Assembly: GCA_964016885.1 (NCBI GenBank) | Contig: OZ024745.1 | Location: forward strand, 27,342,001-27,406,000 | DNA: 64,000 nt | From: Eledone cirrhosa | Lineage: Eukaryota | Direction: 5' to 3' | Shown: positions 11,932 to 59,355 of the stretch, piece by piece | Numbering within the stretch: the first letter of the stretch is position 1 | Layout: each line of letters starts with the position of its first letter | Position numbers and translations under genes: made by a program | Notes under the pieces: generated by a model | What the model was told of the DNA's origin: nothing | The model's database searches: none | The model's input: only the letters and a program-made list of their open reading frames with translations

Positions 11932-14900
11932 CAGTTACAAACCAAAAATATAACTACGTAGCGTATTATATGGGATGAGTATCAAGGTTTTTTCCTGTTT
12001 ATTAATCTCGTATGATTAAGAGGAAACAATACTTTCACAACCAAAAAGATTAATTATTTCACTATCAGAGCGTGTTATTGGCTTGTGTGGGTTTCCCTTT
12101 GTGTGTGTGGTCGTCATAATACATCGCTTCGTTCCTCATACTCCCATACCTCATATTTCCAAAACTTTATCGGGGACCACCGCCAATTTTTAGTATAGTA
12201 TAAGTAGTAAGGTGGTTAATTGGCAGAGTTGTTAGAACGTTCGATAGAATGCTTTGTCGTACTTGTTCCGTCTCTCTACTCGGAAGTAAACTCTTTGCCT
12301 TTCATACTTTCGAGGTCGATAAAAGAAAGTACTTGTCCAACACTGGGGCGTTATTTCTTCTATATTTCTTTCTTGCTTCTCTCTACCACTCACTATCTCT
12401 GGAAGAAATAGGCTCTGTTCAGTCCTGAAGAAGGGTACTAGCAACATATTTTGTTTGGGCTATTTTATAACACAATCCGTGACATTTTATGAGATTAATT
12501 TGACAGATTTTATTGGAAGCATTCTGATACGCTCTCTGGTTTTCGGTGTCTTTGATACATTATTTCTTTCGACACCTTCCCTGAGACCAATCATCACTGT
12601 TTATAGAGGGTTATGGTTAGTTAGGGTCAAACAAGCTTTGGTATTTGGTTATCTTCCTCAGCGGTGTCCGGGTTTGCGGCCGAAGCGACAATGTTGGAGG
12701 CAGATAACGAGTAACAACACGTCGCGTCCCAGATTAGGAATTTACCACCCTCGAATGTGAACTTTTGAAAATTGTAGTGGTCAGAAGAACGAGAAACCGG
12801 AAGAGAATTCCATAAGCAAGATGTGCGAAGGAAGAAACCAGCAGAAAAGAATTTGTGATTACATTTAGGAACTTGAACTGTAAATGGATGAGACCTACCG
12901 TAGTCACCAATCTAGAGCTCCGTTTGACTCGTGAAGACGATGCAACAAAGAGGAAAGCTCAGAAAGAGGTTTGACGGTTGGGGGGTTCTTTTAGTCAGTC
13001 TTACCTAACCTTTTCAGTATCAAGGATCTCGTTTATTTAAATTTACTCCCGCTATAATTACACATTTCAATCGAAAGAGAAATTTTAAAGACTGGATACC
13101 TAAAACCTTACGTACTTGGGAACCGATACTATAAATGGCCGCGCAAACTACCCTCACTATCTTTAAAAAGGGCAAAGATAATTGCATAATGTCTGAATAA
13201 AAATTTAGATATAAATATTGAAAATATTAAAAAATCTTATTGAGGTTTATAATTCGAAATATATGTCTGAAAATCTAATTTAATCGTATGTTAGCTCAGA
13301 TTTACGATCGTCCTGTATCTTTGCATACTAGGAACTTTATTATTCAATGCAAGCCTTTTTTTATTGGTAAGCTCTGATATAGCTGCTATTTCTAACAAGA
13401 TTAACGACCACATAGAGGCGACGTCGTTGTTTTTTATTAATCCCCAAGCAGAACTACGTCCAGACATTGCAGCTATTAGCCGTTTTATTCGAATTGTGTA
13501 TTTAGGTTATTTATATATTTATTTATTCAATCAATAGTGGGGCATGACAAATTGGGGAGGGGGTATCTAATACCCCCCCCCCCCCCTACAGTTAAGAAAC
13601 AAAACTAGAGAAGAAAAAAAAAGAATAAAGAAGGCCAATGGGAGGCAAAAGAAGCATAAGGGGTGGCTGCTGCAGCGGGCGCAGCTGAGGTACCGCTTAG
13701 ACTGGGGGGTCTGTCTCTCTCTTTCTTTTTCTCCTTTTCATTTTCTATTTTCTTTCTTTTCGCTGTTCCCTTTAGTAATGTTTTGTTTTTATTAAGTACC
13801 CCGCTTCACAGCTATGATAAAATATATATACCTTAGGAAAAAGCGAAAAACTCCTAAAGGTTTCTGTTGAATCTTTTCGTAGCATCTACGTACTGAAAGA
13901 TCTTGTTTATAGCGGGTAGATCTTTGACTTCAGGACAACATTATTCAGTCGCTGCTATTTCTAACACCTCGAACATCATGCAGAGGTCTCCCTTGAGGTT
14001 CGTCAGGCCGGTGCTTATCCCGGTTTTGTGGCGTGATGCGACAGAGTACAACACGCAGGTTTAAACTCATTTCAGCTGAGTATACTGGAGCAACGTGAAA
14101 TGAAGTGTTTTGTACAAAACATCCAGTCCAGGAATCGAACCCATGACATGATCATAGATCGTAAGGTCTACGACCCTTACCATTAGGCCACCCGTCTTCA
14201 CGGTTCTATGACAATCGATTATATTTTATGCCATAGACAAGCAGTCACTTGTTGTGCTCGAAATATCAAACCGATCGTTCGTTCTCAAACCAAAACTGCA
14301 GCCATAAAAAAAACACGTGTAGTGGTAACTTTAGAAATTTCCACTTGGATAATATAGTTCGGTGGATTGGCAGTATCGGTAGAGGGTCGGACGCCATGCT
14401 TTTCAGCATAGTTACGTCCCTTTACGATCTGAGTTCAAATCCCGCCGAGGTTGACTTTGCCTTTCATCCTTACGGGGTCGATAAAATAAAGTACTAGTAA
14501 TGCACTGGTTAATTGCTGGCCTTGTGCCTAAAGTAGAAACAATTATTGCCGTATCAATGAAGGCTTGATTGTCCTTTGATTATATGCCGACTTGGTCAAC
14601 ACAAACAAGGTATCCCATAATATATTTGTCGCAGGAGTTACCTCTCTTTAGTTGTGTCGCTTCATCACCGTGACGTGGTTGTATGAAGGATTTGGTCTTT
14701 TCATTCAGATATACGTTTTTCTACATCTCTCTTTCCCTCTCTCTAAGAAAAAGAGAGAGATTGAGATGTAGAAAATTCAAAATGACTGCTTGGTGTATCC
14801 AAGATATTTTAATAACCACTAATCTTTGTAATCCCTAATATTAAACAAAATTTCATTGATCTTTGGGGGTGGGTGTTGGATCAGAAAATTGTTGCTTACT

Positions 14901-16081
14901 TTGACATGGATTACTCATCAATAAACTATTTGTTAACATATTTCTAAGGAAAACTTCTGCCTGATATTCAAATAATTTTGTAAATCAATAATTATTTGGT
15001 GTTTGAAACAACTTGAAATTATGAAGGAAAGTTTATAGATAATTATAAATTTTAAGTCATATTATAGAATGAAAGGCAGTTTTGTATCAAAATGGCCCAA
15101 ACACCCAAGGAACTTCATATCAGACTTGCTAAACCTACACAGCTATGAACCATAACACCACCAAATAAAAACATATTCAGTTGATGTATGTTGCTTCTCT
15201 TAAATATGTGGTGGTATTTATTTACCTGAAATTAGTAGATGAATGCAAACCGTTGTAAATGTAAATGACTGTTCCACATGGACATGTTTATTGATTACAG
15301 TTGCTAATTAGTCTATAGTTAGTCTCAAACACCATACATAGTCATTGAACAGTTGTTATGGGTATAATTTGTAAACATGAATCAAGCTTTAAAAGTATTG
15401 TCTCATAGATAATGCTCTTTGTCAGATCCTCTCCCCCTCAGAAGGGGGAGAGGAGGGGGTTGAGTCGTTTTCTTTTTTTTTTAAAATATAAAAATAACAT
15501 TCCGTACCTCCTCTGTTGGGTTATTTATTCATCATTTTATTGGTTGATTAACCGATTTAAAATACTCAGACATCATGACATGCAGGAATAACTTGTGTAT
15601 GCTGCAAATGTTACCATGACAACACACAACCAAAATGTCAAGGAGATTATATCAGCCAATATAAGTATCTTAATCCGTTAATACAATAGCTAAGTCTTCT
15701 AACATCATTTCAAACATTCACATCCATCCTGGTATGGGTTGGATGAAACATTTTGAGGAAGTATTCTATGGCCGGTCTCCTTTCTAAATGTTAAACCTTG
15801 TTTTTAAGGAAGGGACTTTTTCTTTGCATGTTGAACTAAGTTGCAAGACATAAACAAATGTCACCAACTACCCAAGCAATGTTAGTGCAAAGCAAGGTCA
15901 AATCCACACACATATATGATGGGCTTCTGTAGTTTTCATCTATCAAATGTCACTCAAAGTATTGGTCACTTTACAGTGCATGACACTTGCCCAAAGTGTC
16001 ATGCACTGGATCAAATGTATGGCTGCAAGATACAGCCATGATTGCAACTGCGAGTATGTATATGTGTATATATAGATGATA

Positions 16082-16605
16082 TCATCATCATCATCATTTA
16101 ACGTCCATTTTTCGATGCTAGCATGGGTTAGACAAATTGCTCCATTATGATACAAGCCAGATGACCGTGTCTTACTCATGCAGAACTGTTTCTGGCTTGG
16201 TTTCTACAGTTGGATGCCGTTCCTAACACCAACCACATTTACAGTAGGTGCTTTCTGTTGTGAAACCAACACAACCATTTTACAGTGTGGGCTGAGTGTT
16301 TTGTCGTGTCACCAACATAACCACTTTATACAGTTTGGCCTGGACACGTTTTGTCACATTCCCAAAATTACCATTTTACAGTGTGGACTGGGTGCTTTTT
16401 GTCATGTCACAAAGTTGGGCTTGGTGCTTTTTCTTGTCTCACCAAGGTTGGGCTGGGTTCTGTTTATCATGTCAACAACATGACCACCTTACAGAGCAAA
16501 CTGGTTGCTCCTTGTCATGTTGCCAACACGATCACCTTGCAGAATAGACCAGTTGCTTATTTGTCGTCATCAGCATGACCACCTTGCAACGAGAGCTAGG
16601 TGCTC
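16082..16605 (-). mobile_element. SINE family B variant with an internal ~40-bp tandem subrepeat array
   Basis: (CAT)n tail; repeated ACCA(C/T)TTTACAGTGTGG(A/G)CTG units. Confidence 0.7.
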
Positions 16606-16731
16606 TCAAAGGACTCGGTGCAGATTGACAGAGCTTTTTTGCTATTTCAGCAGCATTGTGGGAAAGCATGTTAAGCTTTCCTAGAGTTGGTTAAGAGAGC
16701 CTCTGGACTTAGGAAAGATTTTAGACATTTC

Positions 16732-16780
<49 letters not shown>

Positions 16781-16821
16781 GAAAGGTATAGAAAACATTG
16801 TAGCAAAATATATATATATAA

Positions 16822-17115
16822 TGTGGTTAGTGGTTAGAGCATTGGCCTTGCAATCGAAAGGTTGTGAGTTCAATTCTCAGACCGGGTGATGTGTTGTTTC
16901 CTTGAGCAAGACATTTTATTTCACTTTGCTCCAGTTTACTCAGCTGTAGAAATGAGATGATAGGGACTGGGGTCCCTATCATTCCACTGCAAAGTGCCAC
17001 GGAAAAAAAGCACCCACCACTCACTGTAAATGAGGTTGGTGTTAGGAAGGGCATCCAGTTGTAGAAATCAAGCCAGTATCAGTTCCCAAGCAGGGAAAAG
17101 CGGATGTAAAATGAA
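16822..17115 (+). mobile_element. SINE family B (tRNA-derived head, CCTTGAGCAAGAC domain, RTE-like tail)
   Basis: Near-identical copies at 19590-19905(-), 24665-24970(-) and 29513-29858(+). Confidence 0.85.
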
Positions 17116-20053
17116 ACTAAACTAAACTAAAACTAATATATATATCATCTTTGTTTAACGTCTACTCTCCCTACTAACATAGGTTATATATATATAGATG
17201 ACATATCTCTTTTATCAAGTTAATCTAACTGTTTAATTTGTTAATTAATCCTATCAATTTTGTTCTACAATTAAGTATTACTGCCATATAGCTGGTTGTT
17301 TTTGTTTGTGTCTTTACATTGATTCCTTTATTAAAGTACATAAAATCTAATCTTGACTGATTTAATTTTTTTTTGCTTCACGTCTCAAGGATTAAGATCT
17401 GGCTTACTTTTTGATAGGATATCTTTAAACTGGCTAATTAGACATTATCAGATTTCACAGTCTTCTATCATGGCCAACTACATCTGGCTGAGTAGTTGAA
17501 ACCAGTTGTGAATAAGTGTTTTGATCATATGATTGAATTTGTGTATGAAATGGGTTGTGTAAGTAAAGATGTGAGGGATCTGGTGGGTGAAGAAGTCTGT
17601 AGTCCTTCGTTATATGTGTTGAGAATCAGTAACATATACTAGTTTAGTTGTTGTTTAGACCCAACTCAACTTTTTTTAAAAGAATATAGGGTGTTATTTG
17701 AGAGAGATTTAGTTGCTGTTTCTTGCAGTTCAAATGACTGCAATTTCCGACCTGTGGTCCATGTTGTTTGCATACATAGTATTAGACGTCCGTAGGCCTA
17801 TTGGACTTACAACGACAATGTCTTGGGTTCGATTTCTGGACCAGGTTGTGTTCTTTTTTTGAGCAAAACACTTCATTTCACGTTGCTCCAGTATACTCAC
17901 ATGAAAATGAGTATCAGCAGTAGCTGGGGGTTTAACATTGCGATGGACTGGTGTCCTGTCGAAGGGAGAGTTTTGAACTTCCAGTCGCTTAACCTCAAGG
18001 AAATCAGTCAGTATTAATACCAACTCACACACACACGCAACGGGATAAATAAATGGTCATATGACAACCACTTTGTGTAATCGGAAATTGTAAAACAAAA
18101 AGTGTGTGTGTGTGTGTGTGGAGAGTTTACAGAAGAGCTCTATCGTAGTTGCCTCCCTTGCTTCTACTTGTGCGATGTTCTGTGATATATATTTGTATTA
18201 TGTGTACATTTCTCTCTCTATGTTTCTATTGCTGTTCTTTCTGGTTATATTCATGAGATTGCGGCCATGTTGGTGCACACATGTGAAGAGATTTAGTGTG
18301 TTTGTTTTTTCAAGTTTGATTCGTATTTCATCAACTCAACAAGCCGTAGCTGGAATGTGTTTGATCATATGTTCTACTAGATCTGTTGTTTTTTTTTACT
18401 CGTGGTTAACAACATTGACATAGCTCCACTATTGCTCACGCATACACAGAAATAGCAGTCAAAACTATCATAAACCACACGTGATGCTTTGTAAAATGCT
18501 AAAAATAGCACTCAAATCACACAGAAAAGACCCAGACTTTTTAAACGTTGGTTTTCAGAGAATAAACCCCTGCCGTCATATTTTGTTTGTCCTTGTGGCA
18601 AATAAAGAAATCTATATATCTTTCTGTGTCTCTCTATCTAGCTACATATGAATCTATATATCTACCTTTCTGTTTTTAAATCTACATACCTACTTCTCTG
18701 TCAGTTATTTATTTATGTACATTTACCAATATATCAATTATCAGACAATAACAACAAAGTCTAAATCCCAATAACAATCCATTGATAGATAGCAAGCTAT
18801 ATGTGTAGGTGGATATGTAGGTAGGTGAAAGTCATCATAATTTAGAAGATATGTTTGATAATGATTAAAGAAAATCAGCATCATCGTTTTTTTGTCCGTT
18901 TTTCCACTCCTGCATGGGTTGGATGGGTCCTTTTCAGCAGGGCATCTCTCCACTCCTCGTTTTCCTTTGTCATCTCTGTGAGTCTCAGCAATTCGAGATC
19001 AGCTCTCACCACCTCCACCCAGGTCTTCCTTGGTTTATACCTCTACTGCATCTTCCTACCACTGGGATTTCCTGGAAGTTAATTATTGTAATTGATTTAA
19101 ATGAATTAGTGATGGGTGGAGTGATGAGAGGGAGAAGTTCAAACATAATCGAGGATTGAAGAATGTTGTAATCAAGGAATTATTAAATTGAATATTTTAT
19201 ACTGTGTACCCCATCATTTTGTATGTATATATATATATATAAAAAAGAAAATGTCGATCTACATGGCTGAATACAATTCGATTCGTTTGCAATTATGCAA
19301 ATAAGCCTCAATTTTATAGCCATGTCAGTAGAATGATCACACTTCATTCTTGCTCTTGTGTTGGCATGCGAACAGAACTGCAGACACTAATGTTTCTGGG
19401 TATCACCCTTCATCAGTACAGCTCACTGTTCATCTGCCAAACTGTCAGAGCTAGTGAAAATATATGCTATTTTCAAAAATACACAGTGACTGATCGGCCT
19501 GATTTGCAGATTAGCAGACTGGCTGATCAATCAGATCTGCATATTAGCTGATCCACTGATCAGCCAGATTTGGCTTATACTTATTATCATCATCATCATT
19601 TTACGTCCGCTTTTCCCTGCTTGCAAGGGTGGGACGGCTTGATTTCTACAGCTGGATGCCCTTCCTAACACCAACCTCATTTACAGTGAGTGCTGGGTGC
19701 TTTTTTGCCGTGGCACCTCCACGACCACTTTGCAGTGGAATGATATGGACCCCAGTCCCTATCATCTCATTTCTATAGCTGAGTAAACTGGAGCAATGTG
19801 AAATAAAGTGTCTTGCTCAAGGAAACAACACATCACCTGGTCTGAGAATTGAACTCCCAACCTTTCGATTGCAAGGCCAATGCTCTAACCACTATGCCAT
19901 GTGCCTCCATATATATACACACACAGAGCTATCCACAGTAAGTTGTGGGGGTCTATTCTGCATAAAGAACTCGATGTAATCCATATGTTGAAAATGTAGG
20001 TTAAGATAAATCCTGGAAAACAATAAAACATTAAAAGGAAAACAGAGTCATGA

Positions 20054-20414
20054 TATAAGTTACAACAATGAAATAAAAAATCAAGTCATTAGAGATATAC
20101 TTCACTGCTTTACGATCGTTTCTAGATGATGATAATACATTGTAGCTATACTCAGTTATTGATCTATGTAAGGTTAGTTACAAAATATCAGATAAAGAGA
20201 ATATTTACTTACATGCATATCACCAGCTTACATGCATATCACATGATATGCATGTAAGTAAATATTCTCTTTATTTGATAGTTTGTAACTAACCTTACAT
20301 AGATCAATAACGGAGTATAGCTACAACGTATTATCATCATCTAGAAACGATCGTAAAGCAGTGAAGTATATCTCTAATGACTTGATTTTTTTTATTTCAT
20401 TGTTTTAACTTATA
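20054..20414. mobile_element. Fully palindromic MITE/foldback, ~170-bp arms, TA-flanked
   Basis: TATAAGTTACAACAATGAAAT... is mirrored by ...ATTTCATTGTTTTAACTTATA with a few mismatches. Confidence 0.85.
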
Positions 20415-21453
20415 TATATATATATGGCTCTATTTAAAAGGTTAGGGGTAATAGAGGACTAATAATTATTTATGACAAAATGTATGAAACTAATTAAATT
20501 TTTATCTTCTAACTTAATTTATTACTTCATTTATATTACCCCAATTGCATGCTTATCGCCCCCTACCCCCTAAAAATAAAGGATTGAGAAGACCCTCCAA
20601 TCTGCAGTGCAGCAACCCCTCTAGTTTTAGTGATTTTCATGATAAACGCATCCAGTACATGTAGTGGCTGGTGACAGGAAGGGTATCCAACTAAAGAAAG
20701 GTTGTCAAACAAAGGGTTGGGAGGACTCTGTAGTTGTGTCAAAGATATGACAACCTCTCCTGCCCGAGAGCCTGGCTGGGAAGTCAGTATCCCTGCTTTA
20801 GGATTGACTTGGTCTATGTAGGCCCGTCCAACCCTTGGTAGAAGGGAAAGCAGACATTAAACGATGATGATATATATACGAGTGAAGCTGGTTTTAGAAC
20901 CACCACTCCACTATACAGTGGTAGCCATAACTAGACCCAAACACCTAAGGTTACACATGTTATATGTACATAAGCTCTCTTGTGAGTGTGTATAAATGTG
21001 TGTGGATGTGTGCTTATGTCCTGTAACTTGTAGCATTGATGAAATACAAATCAAACTGGAAAAAACAAAAACACTAAATCTCTTTACATGTGTGCACCAG
21101 CATGGCCGCAATCTAATAAATAAAGGACAGCAATAGAAACATGGAGAGAGAAATGTACACACACTACAAATACATATCATGCTTGCATGGGTTTGACTAT
21201 ATGCCCACAAAGTCACTTGACAATTTTATATGTATTTGTGTGTGTGTGTATTCACACATACAGAGAGATAGAGAGAGAGTCATAACAAAGGTATGACCTG
21301 AAACTTGTTTTATGCATCAGTTAATGAAATCAAAGATTTTAAATTAGTAATTTTATGTCTGACATAATCGACCACCATTCATTATTTAAATTCTTTCATT
21401 GTTAGTATTTATCTAATATATATTTTATATTTTCTTTTCTTTGCTGATTCCAG

Positions 21454-21532
21454 ACACAACATATATATAAGCTACAAACACAGATATCCATAGTTGATTC
21501 TTTAAGACTGTTGTTGCATTGAACTAATCCAG
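21454..21532 (+). other. Candidate 79-nt non-coding (5'UTR) exon of the plus-strand small-ORF gene
   Basis: Long polypyrimidine tract plus ccag| acceptor and CAG|gtatgt donor; stops occur in the frame that would join the 22367 exon. Confidence 0.5.
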
Positions 21533-22393
21533 GTATGTATAGATTTTAATTGATTTTAAGACACATTTTTTGTGGACATGTGAACTGTCAGAGTATTTGT
21601 TATCAGTTGTTATGGCTCACATCTAACTGGCCTCCTATGAAGTTACTTCTCATAGGAGGTCTCTTGGCTGTTATAATAATAAGGGACATTGTCTTATTGT
21701 TATTGACTAGCAGTTCTATCAAATAAAGAGAAATATAAGACCTAAGATGTGGTTTGAGTCTAGGTCAACCGTGATCATACAGACCTACATAAAATGCATT
21801 TCATGTGTGGCTATTGATTTTTTAAAAATATCCAATGTTTCCTTTCTTTTTAATCCTGCTATTGCCATTTTTTTTAAAAATGAATGACGCTATAATTTTC
21901 AAGAGGAATTTAGTAATATGGTTTGGAAATGACTGCTTCAGATATAAGGTGGATTGTGCTTTTCTTCAAAGTAGTATCACACTGTTAGTTTTATATAGAA
22001 AAACATATTTACCCTAGCACTATCAACTACTATAATTTTTTTAACCCATTTGTTAGCATTATTGCTTATGGTTTGCAAATAATTTTGAAAATAATCAAGA
22101 ATTTGGAAGGATTTAGTAATGTAACTAACTTTTTCATTTTTAAGTTGTTGCATAACTTAAAGGTTCTGACAAAATTATGATGGCAGGTTTTTAGATAGAT
22201 ATAAATTTTGTATCATAGAACCTGGGGCCATATATCAGGTGGTTTAGTATCTATTAAGTTAAAATGATGATCCTTCATATGCCTGTGTTGCTTTTATGAA
22301 TTGTTGTTTTTTATCCTATATATGTTGTTTTTATAAGCCTTTATATATATTTTTTGTTAATTTCAGAATTTTTCTGGACATCTTGATTTCCAA

Positions 22394-22642
22394 ATGCACA
22401 CCATGTCTGGATCAGAGAGAAAGATTTCCTCCCATTCGGAGGCGTCTTCAATTTTACAGAAACTCTCTCAGCCCTCTACAAACCATACAGAGCAGATGAC
22501 CATTCTTAAAAGAGATTCCTCGGACCATAAGCAACCTACATCAAACTTGGCTTCCTCAGACAGTGCCATTTCTTGGTTTTTCAAAAGATCTGTGGCCATG
22601 TCAGAGAGAGAAATAAATGCTATGGCACCATTATCATCTTGA
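22394..22642 (+). CDS. 82-aa small protein, possibly p33MONOX/KIAA1191-like (C-terminal EREINAMAPLSS)
   Basis: Non-repetitive ORF inside an exon with a strong acceptor (tttcag|22367). The frame is open from the acceptor (NFSGHLDFQMHTM...). The C-terminus resembles the R[DE]hNhhxPxx-COOH end of p33MONOX as recalled, not searched. Confidence 0.55.
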   Translation: MHTMSGSERKISSHSEASSILQKLSQPSTNHTEQMTILKRDSSDHKQPTSNLASSDSAISWFFKRSVAMSEREINAMAPLSS

Positions 22643-25600
22643 GGGGACAAATTTCTGCAGCTTGAGATTTTTTTGCCATTGGTTATACGTACTTTTTTAA
22701 ATATATTTATTGAAAAAAGAACAAAGTAAAAAATAACAATAACAGTTGTTGCTGTTATTATTATTGTATATAAACATTGCTTTATGAAAGAAAGAAAAAG
22801 GAATATTTAAAATTTCATGGCATCATTCTCCTGGTTGGCATCGATAAAAACAGGAGCTGGTGCCTATTTGAAATGATTGGTATTTTAAATAGAGACTGGG
22901 TGCTTTTGATATCAAAGGTTGGTGTTTTTGTTGAGTCTAACATCATCCATTCTTTTTTTTATGGGCATTCTGCCGGCTCTGTGTGACCAAACTGATGTCG
23001 TATTTTACCAGTGATTGTTTAGTTATGTAAACTGACAAAGATGAGGTACCACAGAAAAGGAAGAGACAGGCGACGACAACAACAACAGCATTGTTGTCAA
23101 CAGCAACCAAAAACTAATTTCAAAATGTTACTCATACATAAATATCTGTTTACATCTATAAATTCTGTATGTACAATACTACACCTACCTACATCAACAC
23201 ACAACAATAGACACACCTATACACATCTCTGGCCTACTAAGATCAGTTAGATAGTTGAAAGTGAAATGTGTATATATATGAGCATCTGTATTTGTATGTA
23301 TGTATGTGTGTGTGTGGCGTGTGTGGTGTGTGTGAATGTATGTGTGTAAGTGTACGTGTTACTTGTGCATTTAATTTTCCTGTATGTGCTGGAATACTAA
23401 GCCAGCTGCTTTATTTTCAGTTAAACTTCACATATAACCATTTTGGCCAAAGAAATCTAATAAATTATATTCTATATTTGTTGTGTTTTTTAAATTTATT
23501 TTTAAAGTTTACTTTTTTCATATGTATCTTGGTTTTTACAGTAAGCACACTGTATCTCTGTGCACCAGCAAGTGTTCTATGGCCAGTTTCCTTATTATAG
23601 CAGGTTTAACCTTGTGGGTCCCATCATAAGCATCTTCGTTTTGTCCAATCATCTGTTCCCACCACAACTCCTGGCTTTCATTTCCTCTGCCTCCTATATA
23701 AAACCAATGTTAAATGATGATAAATAACCTAATAAAATACTGAGTTACTAAATGATATTGTAAATAAATTGTATATTCACCAAGTGATTTTTCTCTTCTG
23801 AAGCTGATAATGAAATTTTTACAGCACCTCCTATATATGTTAGTTTCACCCAGCAATGAGGATGAAAGTCATGTGCCTTCATAAAATATGAGCTGAGTGT
23901 TCTCTAGAGTGTTTCCCTCTGCTTAAAAATGTCATTAGGTGCTAAGTCCATATTTAAACTCCTTTACAGAGTCACTTCACTTTTAGTCATGAGCCATTTC
24001 ACAACACTTCCCCTTTCTTAGGCGATGATTTTTGGGTAAAAAAAGTACCAAGGAATCCAAGTGGAAGGGCGCTACAGTAGAGGGAGGCCAAGGAAGACCT
24101 GGGTAGAGGTTGAGAGCTGATCTCAAATTACTGAAGCTAACAGTAAACTTGACAAAGAACTGCAGTGAGTGGAAGGTTCTTGTGCTTGTAAAGACCTGTC
24201 CAACCCATGGTATCCAACCTCAGCATGTGACAGTTGTCCAACCCATGCAAGCATGGAAAATAGAAGTTAAACAGTGTTGACGAATTTATTTGAATATTTC
24301 TATCAAGTAATTAACAATATATATATATATATATACATACATACATACATACACACACACTATATTTAGGTGTAATGGATACATATGAAATATCATGTTT
24401 CTCAGTAAAAAGGCTCCAATTATACAAGTTTAAACGATATATAAAAAATATATATATATATATATATATATCAATTGAGAATCTGTCTGCTACATATATA
24501 CAGAGCAATTAATGTGTAAGTAAATATACTTCACGATGGTTTCATAGCTTATAGTGCCTTAGACAAATCTGTTTCATGCAAACAATCAATCTTAGTAATT
24601 AGGATAAAACACCAATTATCGATTTTGGTAATAAGTATCTTAAGACCAATTGTTGGTTTAATCAATCATCATCATCATTTTACGTCCGCTTTTCCCTGCT
24701 TGCAAGGGTGGGACGGGAACTGATTCTGGCTTGATTTCTACAGCTGGGTGCCTTTCCTAACACCAACCTCATTTACAGTGAGTGCTGGGTGCTTTTTTCC
24801 GTGGCGCCTACACGTCCACTTTACAGTGTGGGCTGGGTGCTTTTTTGTCGTGGCACCTACATGACCACTTTGCAGTGGAATTATAGGGAACCCAGTCCTA
24901 TCATCTCATTTCTACAGCTGAGTAAATTGGAGCAATGTGAAATAAAGTGTCTTGCTCAAGGAAACCACATCATATAAAATATATATTGATTATATATCTC
25001 AATAAAAAAGATCCAGGAACATTAGTTCAGAGCATCAATTATACAAGTTTAAATGATATATATAAAAATCATAGTGTAATGAGCCTGTTTGCTTACAAAC
25101 AAATCGAATATTATTGTTATTGATATAAAACTCACAAATACATTCGTTGTATCCCACTATGTAAGAACAAGAAACTAAATTCTAATTTTGTTTTTAATTT
25201 TCGGCAAAGCAAGTCGTAATATCACTCAGTGTGCAAATAAGGCTAATTAGCCGATGTAGGCATGCAACAGGCGGCCTGCGGGCCACAATCCGGCCCACTA
25301 GACCAATCAGAGTGGCCTGCGATGACCATCTTTAATTTTTACCTTGTCTTGTTGAGAATTTTTTTTTGTAACCGTAATACAATTTTCTGTTAGTTGACCT
25401 GAAAGGGTTATGTGTGTTATAATTTCCCAGTTCCATCTTATGGAAAGAAGTTGTGGTGAATCTTTGGAATAGTGCTTAATAAATATTGATGGCCCTAATA
25501 GTTGTTCCAATGTTCAAAAGTAGCCTGCCAATGGAATATGTTGCACACTTCTGCTTTAGAAAATACCATATATTTTCAAGAATTCAAGCAAATGGCAGAA

Positions 25601-26697
25601 AGAGATACACAATCTTGGCAAAGGGCAATAACCTTGAAACAACGTCGATTGTTTCTCCATGTAAACTAAAACAAAAGGATGGCTCCGGTCATCTAAGAAA
25701 CAGTGTAATGAGGCTGTTTGCTTGTAAACGAATTGAATATTATTATTATTCAATATAAAACTCATAAATACATTCATGTACTCTGCTATGTAAGAGTTAG
25801 AAATCAAATTCTTATTTTGTTTTTAAAAAAAGATATATATCCTTTATAGGCTTCTTTATCATCTAAAATAAAGTATATTTACTTACAAATTAATTACTCT
25901 GTATATATGTACAAAATACTAGTAGCTTATCAAAGGATATATATATTGCTAGCAAGGAAAGCAGATGTTAAAACAATGATGATATATATATATGAAAGTA
26001 TAATTTATTTTATTATTGCTCTGAATCTATATCAAGGATTCAAGGGCTGGGTGTTTCATGAATGCACAGGTTTGAAAAGTGCATTAAGCATGAAACTCAT
26101 GGCTTTGCGTCTATAATAAACTAATTTGTTTGTGACTCTACCCATGTATGAAAGTATGTTTAGCCAACCATAGAAAAACAATTTTTATTACACGTTGAGA
26201 TAAAATATATTACTGTGTTTAGCAAAGTGTTATTTTTCTGTAGTTCTCTTTTCACAAACACACTTTATTTACTATTACATTTTCACGGTAAAGGCCTTAT
26301 CTCACATAATATCGAATTTATGAAATTTTTATATTATTTATTTTGAGAACAATACCATAACATCAGTATGAGTGGCCAGTTTGAACAGAAAGAGGTGAGG
26401 GAATGCTAAAGGGTTAAAAGAGCCCAAATCATCATCATCAACACCATCACTTAACATCTGCTTTCCTTGCAAGCAAGGGTTAGATGGGTCCTCACAGACC
26501 CAGTAAGTACTGAAATGGACCTACTGACCTCCCAGATAATAAGTAATCATTAATAACAAATTCAATTGAGATTATAATTTATTTTCCAATCTTTTATTTG
26601 AGTGTAAATAACCCTATGCATCAGTGTATTTTGGTTCACTCCTGGTTACAAGTTATGGGATCTTACATGGACCACCTTAACATTGCCCTCAGGGTTG

Positions 26698-59355
<32,658 letters not shown>

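Noticed and set aside
12660-12980. Purine-rich stretch resembling a coding exon
   Set aside because: Stops limit all frames, there is no convincing splice pair and no family was recognised. Probably a decayed repeat.
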